Below, piece after piece: positions 28,476-38,831 of a stretch of 64,000 bases of DNA. Origin of the DNA: Alphaproteobacteria bacterium (GTDB lineage: Bacteria > Pseudomonadota > Alphaproteobacteria > UBA8366 > GCA-2717185); NCBI GenBank assembly GCA_040905865.1, contig JBBDQU010000005.1:105368-169367 (forward strand), read 5' to 3'. The notes under the pieces are model-generated. The model worked only from the letters and a program-made list of their open reading frames with translations. It made no database searches and was not told where the DNA came from. Position 1 is the first letter of the stretch; every line of letters begins with the position of its first letter. A program made the position numbers and the translations under genes.

Positions 28476-30263
28476 TTAGGAGGGCGAAATACCGATGGCG
28501 ACCGCGCCCAGCGCGGCCGCGCGGGAAGCGGGATCCCGTATCTTTCGGGCGGCCCGAATTGCCAGTTCCACCTTGCCGATTCGGGCCGCCTCCTGCGCGA
28601 CCAGCGTGAGCGACCGGTTGCGCGGCGTCTGGCTCAGGCGCGCCTCGGCAACAACATCCGTATCGGGAATGCGCGACGCCGTGTTAAAGGCCTCCAGCAG
28701 CCTGTCGGAAGCCAGCAGCGCCTCGACGATCCGGGCGACTGAGCGCGGATAATCCGGATCGCCGGATTTTCCCCAGGTGATCCGCGATGCCGCGTCGATA
28801 ACCTGGGTTGCCTTCTCCTTGTCGGCGCTTTGCGCATGCGCCCGCGCCAGTAGCGTGAGCAGGCGTACCCGGCCCAGCCCTTCGGGCAGCGAGTCGATCA
28901 GGTTCCGCGCCCGTTCGAACAGGGCCTGCGAGGTTTCGGGATCGCCAACGAGTATCTGCGTATCCAAAACCTCGTTGAGCGCCTGTTCCTGCAGGTCCGG
29001 ATCGGACGGTTCCCGCACGGATTCCAGCGCACGGGCCAGCAGGGCGCTGGCTTCCGTATGTTCACCGCGTTTGCCCGTGGCGAGCGCCACCTGTGCGAAT
29101 ATAATTCCGCGCAGACCCAGATAGGGGATGTAATCGGTCAGTTTAAGGGCTTCGGAATATTTTTCCTGTTCCAGGAGCACATGGCCCATCTGGGCCAGCG
29201 CCTCCGCCTGTTCCCGTTTCTTGCGGATCAGGCCGGCTGTCTTGAACGCGTCCGCGAGTCGGCCGGTGCGGGCCTGTTCCACGACAAGGTGGGTCAGCAG
29301 GCTGTACCGCAACGTTTCTTCCTCGATCCCGGTTGCGGTTTCCACGGCAAAGGTGAACAGCGTGACAGCGGCATCCATATTGCCCTTTTCGCCGATGGCG
29401 CGGGCGACGGAACCGAGCGCCCGGACCCGGCGCTCGGGATCGGCGATGGAGCGGACCAGCACCATGGCGCGGGTCTGGTCACCGGCCTCGGTCTCCGCGG
29501 CAGCCAGTTCAGCCAGCGCCTGTTCGCGGCCTGTGAATTCGCTCTGCAGGATTATGCGGCGGGCTTCGCCCAGAGTCTTGTCCGACTGCTTGGCGTCGCC
29601 GAGTCGGGTCTGCGCTTCGCCGATGATCAACAGCAGCCGGGCGACTTCGGCCTCGTCGTCCTTGATCGCCCTTGTCTGTCGCGATGCTTCGATCAAAGCG
29701 GCCTTGTTGCCTTTCGAGTTCTTGTCATGCGGCGACGGACGACCGATTTCGAGCAGGGTTTCAATACGCAGCTTCCTGTCGCGGATCAGTTTTGTCGCCG
29801 CGACGGCCCCGGCTTCATCGCCCAGGGCATTGCGGCGCACTGCAATTTCGCGGATGAGCTTTTCCGTTTCGGGATTGTCCCGTGCCTTGCCGGCGGCGCG
29901 CATGGCGTCGTCCAGCGCGCTCAGCGCCGGCGCCGCGCGTTTCTTTTCGCTCTCGTAATCGGCAAGCTTGATGAGCGACGCCGCCCGCCAGTACCCGTCG
30001 GTAATCCGCCCGAGTTCCCTGGTGGCTTCCTGGGGATCGCCACGGGCGAGTTCGGCCTGAACCAGCCCGGACAGCGCTTCGCCCTGTTCTTCCGGCGTTT
30101 CCAGCGACAGTGCCGCCAGGCGGATCAGGATGAAGGGGTCCTTGCGCGCCTCCTCGCTGATTGCGTCAAGCTGCGCCACCGCCGGGAGGGCGGTTGCAAT
30201 CAGGCACAGCGCGACCGCGGCGCTACGCAGTATCGAAAACGCGGCTGAAGATCGTATCGACAT
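28476..30263 (-). CDS. secreted TPR/HEAT-like helical repeat protein, unknown function
   Basis: ATG at 30263 gives the signal peptide MSIRSSAAFSILRSAAVALCLIATALPAVAQ. The rest is Ala/Leu/Arg/Glu-rich helical repeats. It overlaps the purB 3' end by 41 nt. Confidence 0.7.
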   Translation of the reverse strand: MSIRSSAAFSILRSAAVALCLIATALPAVAQLDAISEEARKDPFILIRLAALSLETPEEQGEALSGLVQAELARGDPQEATRELGRITDGYWRAASLIKLADYESEKKRAAPALSALDDAMRAAGKARDNPETEKLIREIAVRRNALGDEAGAVAATKLIRDRKLRIETLLEIGRPSPHDKNSKGNKAALIEASRQTRAIKDDEAEVARLLLIIGEAQTRLGDAKQSDKTLGEARRIILQSEFTGREQALAELAAAETEAGDQTRAMVLVRSIADPERRVRALGSVARAIGEKGNMDAAVTLFTFAVETATGIEEETLRYSLLTHLVVEQARTGRLADAFKTAGLIRKKREQAEALAQMGHVLLEQEKYSEALKLTDYIPYLGLRGIIFAQVALATGKRGEHTEASALLARALESVREPSDPDLQEQALNEVLDTQILVGDPETSQALFERARNLIDSLPEGLGRVRLLTLLARAHAQSADKEKATQVIDAASRITWGKSGDPDYPRSVARIVEALLASDRLLEAFNTASRIPDTDVVAEARLSQTPRNRSLTLVAQEAARIGKVELAIRAARKIRDPASRAAALGAVAIGISPS

Positions 30264-31521
30264 GTCTGGTGTGATATTCAAGGTCGAACAGGGATTCCAG
30301 GGTTTCGGCTGTCAGGTAATTGCCGATTTCGCTATCTGCCTTGAGCTGGTCGAGGAACGACAGGTGTTCTTTCCAGGCTTCCATGGCATTGCGCTGAACG
30401 ACCCGGTAGGCGTCCTCGCGGCTCATGCCGGCCTGGGTCAGTTCCAGCAGGACGCGCTGCGAATTGTGCAGGCCGCCCATCTGGTTGAGGTTGCGCTCCA
30501 TCTGCTCGGGGTAGACGACCATATTGTCGATCATTCCGGTAAGCCGGGCGAGGGCGAAATCGAGCGTTACCGTCGCGTCGGGGCCGATCATGCGTTCGAC
30601 CGAGGAATGGGAGATATCACGCTCGTGCCACAGCGCGACATTTTCCAGTGCCGGTGTCACCGCCGAACGAACGATCCGCGCCAGCCCGGTCAGGTTTTCC
30701 GACAGGACCGGATTGCGCTTGTGCGGCATGGCGGAAGAGCCCTTCTGCCCGGGCGAGAAAAATTCCTCGGCTTCGCGCAACTCGCTGCGCTGCAGGTGGC
30801 GGATTTCGACGGCGATGTTTTCGATCGAAGAGGCAATCACGCCGAGTACGGCGAAGAACATGGCGTGACGGTCGCGCGGGATGACCTGGGTCGATATCGG
30901 CTCCACGGCGAGGCCCATCTTGTCGGCGACATGGGCTTCAACCGAGGGGTCGATATTGGCGAAGGTGCCGACGGCGCCGGATATGGCGCAGGTGGCAATT
31001 TCCGCCCGCGCCGCGACCAGCCGGTCCCGGCCGCGCTTGAAGGCCGCGTAATGCCCCGCCAGTTTCAGGCCGAAGGTCGTCGGTTCCGCATGGATCGCGT
31101 GGCTTCGGCCGATGGTGACCGTGTACTTGTGCTCCTCGGCCCGGCGTTTCAGCGCGGCCAGCAGGGCGTCCATGTCGGCCAGTAGAATATCGCTGGCGCG
31201 GGCCAGTTGCACCGCAAGGCAGGTATCCAGCACGTCGGAAGACGTCATGCCCTGATGCAGGAAGCGGGCTTCCTCGCCGACATGTTCCGCGACATTGGTC
31301 AGGAAAGCGATAACGTCATGCCTGGTTTCGCGCTCGATCTCGTCGATGCGGTCGATCTCGAAGGCGCCGCGCTTCCATACCGCCTTTGCGGCGGCTTCGG
31401 GAACGACTCCCAGTTTCGCCTGTGCATCGCAGGCATGCGCCTCGATTTCCAGCCATATCCGGAATTTACTCTCGGGCTCCCAGATGGCCACCATATCGGG
31501 CCGGCTGTAACGAGGAATCAT
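30223..31521 (-). CDS. purB: adenylosuccinate lyase
   Basis: I prefer the start at ATG 31521 (MIPRYSRPDMVAIWEPESKFRIWLEIEAHA...). Contains the GSSAMPHKRNP fumarate-lyase signature. Confidence 0.95.
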   Translation of the reverse strand: MIPRYSRPDMVAIWEPESKFRIWLEIEAHACDAQAKLGVVPEAAAKAVWKRGAFEIDRIDEIERETRHDVIAFLTNVAEHVGEEARFLHQGMTSSDVLDTCLAVQLARASDILLADMDALLAALKRRAEEHKYTVTIGRSHAIHAEPTTFGLKLAGHYAAFKRGRDRLVAARAEIATCAISGAVGTFANIDPSVEAHVADKMGLAVEPISTQVIPRDRHAMFFAVLGVIASSIENIAVEIRHLQRSELREAEEFFSPGQKGSSAMPHKRNPVLSENLTGLARIVRSAVTPALENVALWHERDISHSSVERMIGPDATVTLDFALARLTGMIDNMVVYPEQMERNLNQMGGLHNSQRVLLELTQAGMSREDAYRVVQRNAMEAWKEHLSFLDQLKADSEIGNYLTAETLESLFDLEYHTRHVDTIFSRVFDTA

Positions 31522-31625
31522 GAATACGCTACTCCAGACTTCAGGTTTGCGACGACGCTGCCCTTGCGGGGGCAATTTTCGCCGGACTATAACATAGACG
31601 AAACAGGCATTCGAAAGGCGCAGCA

Positions 31626-32363
31626 ATGGCTACACTGACCGCGGAAGAACTGCAACAGGCGCGAATCGACATGGCGGCGGCGTTCCGCTGGGCGGTTCGC
31701 CACGGGTTGCACGAAGGCATCTGCAATCATTTCAGCCTCGCGGTCGGCGACGACCAGTTCCTGATCAACGGCTATGGCTGGCACTGGTCGGAAATTACCG
31801 CCTCCAGAATTGTCCTGGCGCATTACGATGGCGAAATCATCGAAGGGGACGGCGAGGTCGAGGCGACCGCGTTCTATATCCACAGCCGCATCCACCGCGC
31901 CTGTCCGCAGGCCACCTGCGTCATGCACACGCATATGCCCTACGCAACGGCGCTGACCCTCGTCGAAGGCGGCCGGATCGAACCGATCGAGCAGGGGGCG
32001 CTGCGGTTCCAGAACCACGTCGCCTATGACGATGAATATAACGGTCTGGCGCTGGATTTCGCCGAAGGCGACCGGATCGCGAAAAAGATGGGCAACAAAC
32101 GCGTGATGTTCATGGGCGCGCACGGGGTGACGGTTACGGGTTCGACCATCGCGCGGACCTATGACTGGCTCTATTACCTGGAACGCGCCTGCAAGGCGCA
32201 GGTGCTGGCCCGCTCAACGGGGTTGCCGCTGCGGCGCCTGCCGGACGAGGTGATCCAGGCCACCGTCGACCAGTTCGAAGGCTCGAATACCGACAGCGCG
32301 CCGCTGCATTTCGAGGCGCTGAAACGGGTGCTGGACCGGGACGAGCCCGACTACAGGGATTAG
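31626..32363 (+). CDS. class II aldolase/adducin family protein
   Basis: 245 aa, ..HGLHEGICNHFS..CVMHTHMPYATAL..MGAHGVTVTG... Second of three members of this family in the window. Confidence 0.8.
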   Translation: MATLTAEELQQARIDMAAAFRWAVRHGLHEGICNHFSLAVGDDQFLINGYGWHWSEITASRIVLAHYDGEIIEGDGEVEATAFYIHSRIHRACPQATCVMHTHMPYATALTLVEGGRIEPIEQGALRFQNHVAYDDEYNGLALDFAEGDRIAKKMGNKRVMFMGAHGVTVTGSTIARTYDWLYYLERACKAQVLARSTGLPLRRLPDEVIQATVDQFEGSNTDSAPLHFEALKRVLDRDEPDYRD

Positions 32364-34294
32364 AGGATACCGCGGCTGTAGGAAGGCCGATCCGGCTTCG
32401 GGCCGGGCTGTCCGGTTTGCCCGGCGAAATATTCCGTGCAACTGTCGTTGATGCCCAGGGCATCGAAGCGCATGCGCCAGTATTCCGACGCCGCAAGGCC
32501 GCGGCTGACAATTTCATGGCGTCTTTCCGCTAATTCCGGATGACCCAGTTTTCGCTCGCAGATGCCGAGGAACAGTGCGGCCAGCGGATGTTCGGTGCCC
32601 ATCCGCTGCACCAGTTCATCCAGCATCGCCTTTTTCTTGCGCAATTTGTGCGGCCGCGTTTCGGCGATGATCGGACGGTAGTTGATGAGGTAATCCACCG
32701 TGAACCACACATCGACCATCTGGTCGCGCCGCGGGATGTAGTCGGGGGTCTCTGAAAAAGGGTTGAAGAACGGGGCGGCTTTTTTCTTTTCCGCCAGTTC
32801 GCGCTGGCGCACGGAACCGGTCACGCCGACGGAAAAACTGCCCGCCTTGTTTGGATTTTTACCGTTTGCGGCTTTGGTGACCGTTTCGCCATACTGATCC
32901 TGTTGCAGCATCATCTGCTCCACCGGCGTGCCACCCATCGGCATGACGATCTGGCTTGGATACCAGTCCAGATCCATCTTGCCGGCGAGATCGACCGTAT
33001 CGGCAAGCGCTGCGACAGTTTCCGACGGATAGCCGACCAGCAGGAAGCCCTTGGTGAAGATGGTCGGAAATTCCGTCAGCAGATTGGCGGCGCGCAGATA
33101 GGTCCGGATATTGCCGGGCTTGTTCATGTTGCGCAGGATTTCGGCGTTGCCCGATTCGACGCCGATATTGAAGCCGATGCATCCGGAAGCAACCGCCGCC
33201 TCCAGCAATTCATGGGTCATGGCGGCGGCGATCACGCCGTTGGAGGCATCCCAGGTGACGGGAAGCTTGCGGTCCGCGATTTCCCGGAACATGGCAATCG
33301 TCGCGCTGATATCGAAGAACAGGTCATCGTCCAGCCACATGATGTGGCGGACGCCGTAATTCTCATGGAGGCGCTGAATTTCATCGACGACGGACTGTCC
33401 CGACCGGACCCGCACGCCTTTGCCGGAGACCGTGCGCACGCTGCAGAAGGTGCAGGCGGCCCGGCAGCCACGACGGCTGATAGCGGTTGCCGACGGGGTG
33501 CCGGCGTCGCGCAGGAAGGTATAGGCGCCGATAGTGCCGTATTTGGCGTAATCGGCGATGGGCAAATCCTTGTAGTCGGGCGCGATGTCGAGCGCCGGCG
33601 GAATCGCGGCCGGGGTGGCGACGGGGCCGCTGGCGGGGTCGAGCGTCGCGACGCCTTTCAGGCCGATACCGGCGTCCCTGCCATTGGCGGCGTCGAGGAA
33701 ATGAACCAGGGTCTGTTCCGCCTCGTTGAACAGGACAAAATCGATTTCAGGAAGTTCGTTCAGGACCTTGTCAACCATCAGCGATGCATAGACGCCGCCG
33801 GAAATGATCGGAATATCCGGATGGATGCATTTCAGATGCCGCGCGATGGCGGAAAATTCGGCGGCGCAGTTTTCGAACATGCCGCTCAACCCGATCACAT
33901 CGGGCCGGAATTCCTCTATCTTCGCTTCCAGGGGGACCTTCCATACATCGAAGTCGAATGCGCCGCCCGCCTGTTCCGACGCCTTGCGCAGGACTTCGAA
34001 CTGCAGGTCGATGATATCGGCGGTATATCCGGCGGCTTCGACGCAGCGAACCAGGACACCTGGCCCATAAGGGGGAAAGCACGGATATCGGCCCTGGACA
34101 GCCACATCAATGGAGAAATGGTTACGGTCGATTTCGGGAACGGCGATCATCAGCAGGCGCTGCACCGGTTTCCCAAAGACGCCGGCCATGCGCTGCCGGA
34201 CGAACGGTTCATCTTTTTTCAGAATCGAAACGGGGCTTATGTGTTCTGATTTTGCCGCAACAGCCATGGAAAGCGCCTTTCGGAAAACGGGCAT
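32360..34294 (-). CDS. cobalamin-binding-domain radical SAM protein (class B), 644 aa with about 160-aa C-terminal extension
   Basis: N-terminal B12-domain-like RLLMIAVPE...PPYGPGVLVRCVEAAGYTADIIDLQ. CxxxCxxC cluster motif GCRAACTFCSV. The start is uncertain (M1 34294, M10 34267 or M36 34189). Confidence 0.85.
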   Translation of the reverse strand: MPVFRKALSMAVAAKSEHISPVSILKKDEPFVRQRMAGVFGKPVQRLLMIAVPEIDRNHFSIDVAVQGRYPCFPPYGPGVLVRCVEAAGYTADIIDLQFEVLRKASEQAGGAFDFDVWKVPLEAKIEEFRPDVIGLSGMFENCAAEFSAIARHLKCIHPDIPIISGGVYASLMVDKVLNELPEIDFVLFNEAEQTLVHFLDAANGRDAGIGLKGVATLDPASGPVATPAAIPPALDIAPDYKDLPIADYAKYGTIGAYTFLRDAGTPSATAISRRGCRAACTFCSVRTVSGKGVRVRSGQSVVDEIQRLHENYGVRHIMWLDDDLFFDISATIAMFREIADRKLPVTWDASNGVIAAAMTHELLEAAVASGCIGFNIGVESGNAEILRNMNKPGNIRTYLRAANLLTEFPTIFTKGFLLVGYPSETVAALADTVDLAGKMDLDWYPSQIVMPMGGTPVEQMMLQQDQYGETVTKAANGKNPNKAGSFSVGVTGSVRQRELAEKKKAAPFFNPFSETPDYIPRRDQMVDVWFTVDYLINYRPIIAETRPHKLRKKKAMLDELVQRMGTEHPLAALFLGICERKLGHPELAERRHEIVSRGLAASEYWRMRFDALGINDSCTEYFAGQTGQPGPKPDRPSYSRGIL

Positions 34295-34445
34295 GCCGTA
34301 TCAGCCGCACTTCAACATATCAGATTCGTGGTAACCAAACCATTAAGTCCCGGTTTCCAGGAGCAGCGCCAATTGCTTTCCCCGGCGGGGCAAACACGGT
34401 AACTTCAGTCTCAATCGGGATGCTCATCAGGAATATCGGATCGAC

Positions 34446-35378
34446 ATGGCCGCTCAGAATTCATTTCTCATAAATTCCTGGAACCATGGCAGAAACCCTA
34501 ATTCCGCCACTGATGTTTTCCGCTATCTGCGCAACGGTCTTTCGCTCGCGGGACAGACTGTCGGAGTCAGTCCGACGCTTTTCCACAATGCTGACCTCGT
34601 CAATATTCTGGTGGAGAATTTCAATATAAAGACGGCGGAAAACATTATTTCGATCAAGAAAAATGCCGGCATTCGCTTTGTGCTTGTGGCGACGGAACTG
34701 TTGACCGGTTCCAGCTTCAACGATGTTGGCAGCGATCAGTCCAATACGACCTATGCGGACCTGAACTACTGGCAGGAACGCTATACCGCTTTTGCAATGC
34801 TGGCGGAGTATGCGGAAGCAATCTGGCTGATGTCGGAATACCAGCGGCCCGGCTACGCCAAAAATTTTCCGAACACACAAATTCTGACGCTCCCGATGTG
34901 TTTCGATTCGATTGAAGCGGCGAATGGCGGCACCTTCCGCGCGCCGAAACTTTACGACGCGGTTTTCATGGGAACGCACACGAGTATTCGCATCGAAATG
35001 CTGGAGGAACTGAAAAAGCGCGTCCAGTTGTATACGCCTCATAATGTTCCTCCCTTCATGGTCAGTTCTGTCATCCAGTCGGCGCAGGTCTTCCTGCACC
35101 TGCATTTGAAGGAGGGGTGGCCCTTTACATCGATGATGCGGCACCATGTGGCGCTGACCTATGGCGCATACGTTATCAGCGAAAAATCGGAACTGCCCGG
35201 CGAACTGGATGGCTTCGTTGAAATCGTCCCGCGCGGTTCGTTTGCCGACGTCGTTCAGGAACGCGTCCTGGACAAATCGATTGTCCCCAGAGCCAGGGAG
35301 ATGCAGCGGCAATACGCCGCCAAGGGCGATCTCGGCGCGGAATTCCGGGTTCTCGTCGACGCGATGCCGTCGCCGTGA
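34446..35378 (+). CDS. hypothetical protein with glycosyltransferase-like (GT1_2/CgeB-type) C-terminal region
   Basis: 310 aa, lower GC. C-terminal ..DAVFMGTHTSIRIEMLEELKK...FLHLHLKEGWPFTSMMRHHVALTYGAYVISEKS..GFVEIVP.. resembles the C-terminal half of CgeB-like glycosyltransferases. This is a weak by-eye call. Confidence 0.55.
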   Translation: MAAQNSFLINSWNHGRNPNSATDVFRYLRNGLSLAGQTVGVSPTLFHNADLVNILVENFNIKTAENIISIKKNAGIRFVLVATELLTGSSFNDVGSDQSNTTYADLNYWQERYTAFAMLAEYAEAIWLMSEYQRPGYAKNFPNTQILTLPMCFDSIEAANGGTFRAPKLYDAVFMGTHTSIRIEMLEELKKRVQLYTPHNVPPFMVSSVIQSAQVFLHLHLKEGWPFTSMMRHHVALTYGAYVISEKSELPGELDGFVEIVPRGSFADVVQERVLDKSIVPRAREMQRQYAAKGDLGAEFRVLVDAMPSP

Positions 35379-35525
35379 TAGCGATTTACCGTTGCTGGAC
35401 ACGGCGGGCGATTGTCGGTCATCCTCTCGACAACTGTCGCCGATGCCTTGGTAAAATAGCGTGACAGTGTGTTTATCTGTATAGTGACAGAATGATTTCA
35501 GCCAGAGTCTGAGCCATTCGATAAT

Positions 35526-36458
35526 ATGAAAAACCCCGAGCTGTCATCACTAACGCCTCGCACTGCGACGTTAGGGCAAATTGAGGGTCTGGCGAATCAA
35601 TCATCCCCTGAATTGTCCTGTGAACTGTTCAGACTTATTTGCTTTTCGCGCGCATTCGAATGGCGTGTGAAGGCCGAAGCGGAACGGGGCAATGTCAATT
35701 GTTTGGTATACTTATCGCTGGGGCAGGAGAGTATCGCCGCCGGCGTCGCCGCCGCCCTGCGCGCTCAAAAGCCCTGGATCCTGGGCCAGCACCGGGCGCA
35801 TGCAACCTATCTCAGTTTCGGCGGCGCGCGGGTGCCGCTCGTCGATGAATTGCTGGGCCTGCCCGGCGGATGCTGCGGCGGCATGGCCGGGTCCCCGCCC
35901 ATCCACGATATCGCCAATCGAATCATCGGCCATGTGGGGCTGATCGGCGACCAGGTTCCGGTCGCCGCCGGCGTGGCGCTGACCAATCCCGGTGACCAGG
36001 TGATCTGTTTTTTCGGCGATGGCGCGGCGGAAGAGGACTATGTGCTTGCCGCTCTCGGATTCGCGGCCACCCGGCGGCTGAATATCCTGTTCGTCTGCGA
36101 GGATAACGACCTTTCGGTGCTGACGCCGACTTCTGTCCGGCGCAACTGGAATATTGCCGATGTCGCAACGTCGTTCGGGCTCGAATCCGTCGAGATCGCG
36201 GACGATCCCTGGCTGGTTTCATACTGGGCGGATCGGCTGAAGGGCCGGCCGGCGCTGATGAATGTCAAGACCTGCCGCGAAATCTGGCATGTCGGTACCG
36301 GCAATGACGGTCCGCCGGAATGGGACAGGTTTCAGCTGACGAGGGAAACCATGGCGCATATCGGGCTTGGCCGCAATGCGCGGAGCATTGAAGACAGAGC
36401 TACCGCAGAAATCGAGGAATTATGGGCGAAACGGTTGCAGATACAATCCGTGAGCTGA
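35526..36458 (+). CDS. thiamine-diphosphate-dependent E1 component, alpha-subunit-like
   Basis: TPP-binding motif FFGDGAAEEDYVLAALGFAATRRLNILFVCEDND (GDG...(E)DN). Confidence 0.85.
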   Translation: MKNPELSSLTPRTATLGQIEGLANQSSPELSCELFRLICFSRAFEWRVKAEAERGNVNCLVYLSLGQESIAAGVAAALRAQKPWILGQHRAHATYLSFGGARVPLVDELLGLPGGCCGGMAGSPPIHDIANRIIGHVGLIGDQVPVAAGVALTNPGDQVICFFGDGAAEEDYVLAALGFAATRRLNILFVCEDNDLSVLTPTSVRRNWNIADVATSFGLESVEIADDPWLVSYWADRLKGRPALMNVKTCREIWHVGTGNDGPPEWDRFQLTRETMAHIGLGRNARSIEDRATAEIEELWAKRLQIQSVS

Positions 36459-37327
36459 CGCGACGGCATATCGCTGAAAATAACGGTCTTGTCCTCGGTC
36501 AGTGCCTGTCGGCGGTCGGCTGGGTTCAGAATACCGTGCCGGAACAGGAAGCGGGTATCGAGGAACTGCCGATGACCGATACCGCCGGCGCGGGGATCGC
36601 GGTGGGAGCCGCGTTGACCGGGCGCAGGCCGATTTTCATCCTCCGGTTCCAGAGTCTGGTATGGCTGAACGCCAGTCCGCTCGTGAATCATGCCGCCCGT
36701 GTGAAAGCCATTTTCGGCTATGGTTGCCCGCTGTTCATCAGGGCTTCCGGCGATGAGGGGCATTCCATGGGCCCGGTGCATTCGGGCGCCCACCACGCGC
36801 CATTCATGTATGTTCCCGGATTGACCGTTGTCGCGCCCATGACTCCGGGAGAATACCGGGATATCTGGGCGCATTTCATGGCCCATGACGATCCCCTGTT
36901 CGTCAGCGAACACCGGCTCAGCTACAACAATACCGAGGAACTGCCGGACCGGATCGAGGATGGCGCCGATATCACCCTGTTTGCCGCCTCCGCGAGCCGG
37001 TTTTCCCTCGCGGAAGCGGCGGCGCGGCTGCGGGAGGATGGCATTCGGGTCAACATCGTCCATCTGGTCTGGCTGAAGCCGCTGAACGTGCCGGAAGCCG
37101 CCCTTGCCGCGCTGCGCGCCAGCGGCAATGGTCTGGTCCTCGATTCCGGGTTCGAAATCTGCGGTGCATCGCGCTCCATCGCCTATGAACTGACCCATCT
37201 GACAGGCGTCAGGGTCCACGCCCTCGCATTGGAAGACCGCCCGTCCGGGGTTGCAAAAAGGCTGGAGAACCTGTCGCCCCAGCCGGAACGAATTGTAAAG
37301 GAAGTCAGGAATATACTCGCTGAATGA
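36422..37327 (+). CDS. E1 component beta-subunit-like (transketolase pyrimidine-binding and C-terminal domains)
   Basis: ..IEELPMTDTAGAGIAVGAALTGRRPIFILRFQS.. GAGGAA lies upstream of the ATG. Overlaps the alpha-like gene by 37 nt. Confidence 0.8.
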   Translation: MGETVADTIRELTRRHIAENNGLVLGQCLSAVGWVQNTVPEQEAGIEELPMTDTAGAGIAVGAALTGRRPIFILRFQSLVWLNASPLVNHAARVKAIFGYGCPLFIRASGDEGHSMGPVHSGAHHAPFMYVPGLTVVAPMTPGEYRDIWAHFMAHDDPLFVSEHRLSYNNTEELPDRIEDGADITLFAASASRFSLAEAAARLREDGIRVNIVHLVWLKPLNVPEAALAALRASGNGLVLDSGFEICGASRSIAYELTHLTGVRVHALALEDRPSGVAKRLENLSPQPERIVKEVRNILAE

Positions 37328-38829
37328 ATGTATTGACTGACATCGATGTCGTCATGGTGACGCCGCCCAGCAGGCTCGCGGTGTATCAGGGCCTGTCGAA
37401 CGACCTGGCGGCCATCGAGCCGCCGGTCTGGTCGGGCTTGATCGCGGCGTACCTGCAACAGAGGAATTACAAGGTCGTCATGCTGGATGCGGAAGCCAGG
37501 GGGCTGAACCATGCGGACACGGCGGCAGAGATCGCCGCGTTGAAACCAGGGCTGGCGGTGTTCTGCATCTACGGGCAGCAGCCCTCGGCATCGACCCAGT
37601 GCATGCCGGGCGGCTCCATCACCTGCGCGCGCCTCAATGAAATTGCCGGCATCCCGAGCCTTGCGTTGGGAACCCATCCATCGGCGCTGCCGCGGCGTAC
37701 GTTGGAGGAGGAACCGTTTTCCTTCGTCTGTCAGGGCGAGGGGCCGCGCACGGTGGAGGCCCTGATCCGGGTGCTCCGGGACGGCGGCGACCTCGCGAAC
37801 GTGCCGGGTCTGTGGTACCGGGATGAAGCGGGGGCCATACACGGCAACAGGCCGGCGGCGAATATCGCGGATCTGGACAGTGAACTGCCGCGCCAGGCTT
37901 GGGACCTGCTGGATATGACGCAGTACCGGGCGCACAACTGGCATTGCTTCCATGACCTGGGCAGCCGCGGCAGCTACGCGTCGATCCAGACGAGCCTTGG
38001 ATGCCCCTTTCGCTGCGAATTCTGTTGTATCAACACGCCGTTTGGCGGCAACGGCGTCCGGAACTGGAGTCCCGAAAACGTCGTCGCGCAGATCGACGAA
38101 CTGGTCACCCGCTACGGGGTAAGGAACATCAAGATTCCCGACGAAATGTTCATCCTGAACCGGCGGCATGTGGCGGGAATCTGCGATGTCCTGATCGAAC
38201 GCGATTACGGCCTCAATATCTGGGCCTATGCGCGGATCGACACGTTGCGGGAATCGATGCTGGCGAAGCTGAAAGCGGCGGGCTTCAACTGGCTGGGGCT
38301 GGGCATCGAGTCCGCCAGTTCCTCCGTCCGTGACGGCATGGCCAAGGGAAGTTTTACCGATGACAATATCCGCGACGTTGTCCGCATGGTCCGCGATCAC
38401 GGAATCGCGGTCGGCGCGAATTACATCTTCGGCCTGCCCGACGATACAATGGACAGCATGAACGAAACGCTGGCGCTGGCGATCGAGCTGAATACGGAAT
38501 GGGCCAATTTCTATTGCGCGATGGCGTATCCGGGCTCCCCGCTTTACGAGGAAGCGAGGGCGAATAAATGGCCGCTTCCCGACGATCCGGGTGGGCCGGG
38601 CTGGATCGGTTATTCGCAGCTCGGTTACGACGCGATGCCGTTGCCGACCATGGCGCTAAGCGCCCGTCAGGTTCTTGAATTCCGCGACCATGCCTTCGAC
38701 CGGTACTTCACCAACCCGGCCTATCTGGCCATGCTGGAAGACAAATTCGGCTCCGAGGCGGTCGGCCACGTCAAACAGATGACGGCGCATCGGCTGAAAC
38801 GGCGCCTGCTCGAGACGCCGGCTGCCTGA
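37324..38829 (+). CDS. cobalamin-binding-domain radical SAM protein (class B), 501 aa
   Basis: B12-domain-like N-terminus (VVMVTPPS..PPVWSGLIAAYLQQRNYKVVMLDAE). CxxxCxxC motif GCPFRCEFCCIN. The ATGA overlaps the E1-beta-like stop. Confidence 0.88.
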   Translation: MNVLTDIDVVMVTPPSRLAVYQGLSNDLAAIEPPVWSGLIAAYLQQRNYKVVMLDAEARGLNHADTAAEIAALKPGLAVFCIYGQQPSASTQCMPGGSITCARLNEIAGIPSLALGTHPSALPRRTLEEEPFSFVCQGEGPRTVEALIRVLRDGGDLANVPGLWYRDEAGAIHGNRPAANIADLDSELPRQAWDLLDMTQYRAHNWHCFHDLGSRGSYASIQTSLGCPFRCEFCCINTPFGGNGVRNWSPENVVAQIDELVTRYGVRNIKIPDEMFILNRRHVAGICDVLIERDYGLNIWAYARIDTLRESMLAKLKAAGFNWLGLGIESASSSVRDGMAKGSFTDDNIRDVVRMVRDHGIAVGANYIFGLPDDTMDSMNETLALAIELNTEWANFYCAMAYPGSPLYEEARANKWPLPDDPGGPGWIGYSQLGYDAMPLPTMALSARQVLEFRDHAFDRYFTNPAYLAMLEDKFGSEAVGHVKQMTAHRLKRRLLETPAA

Positions 38830-38831
38830 TA

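Noticed and set aside
34295-34445. Looked for a cobalamin riboswitch in the divergent region between the first B12-type radical SAM gene and the GT-like gene, and in 35379-35525.
   Set aside because: No B12-box-like GCCACUG core or the surrounding conserved helices could be seen. Only short local inverted or direct repeats are present (TTGTCG/CGACAA, and GTGACAG twice).
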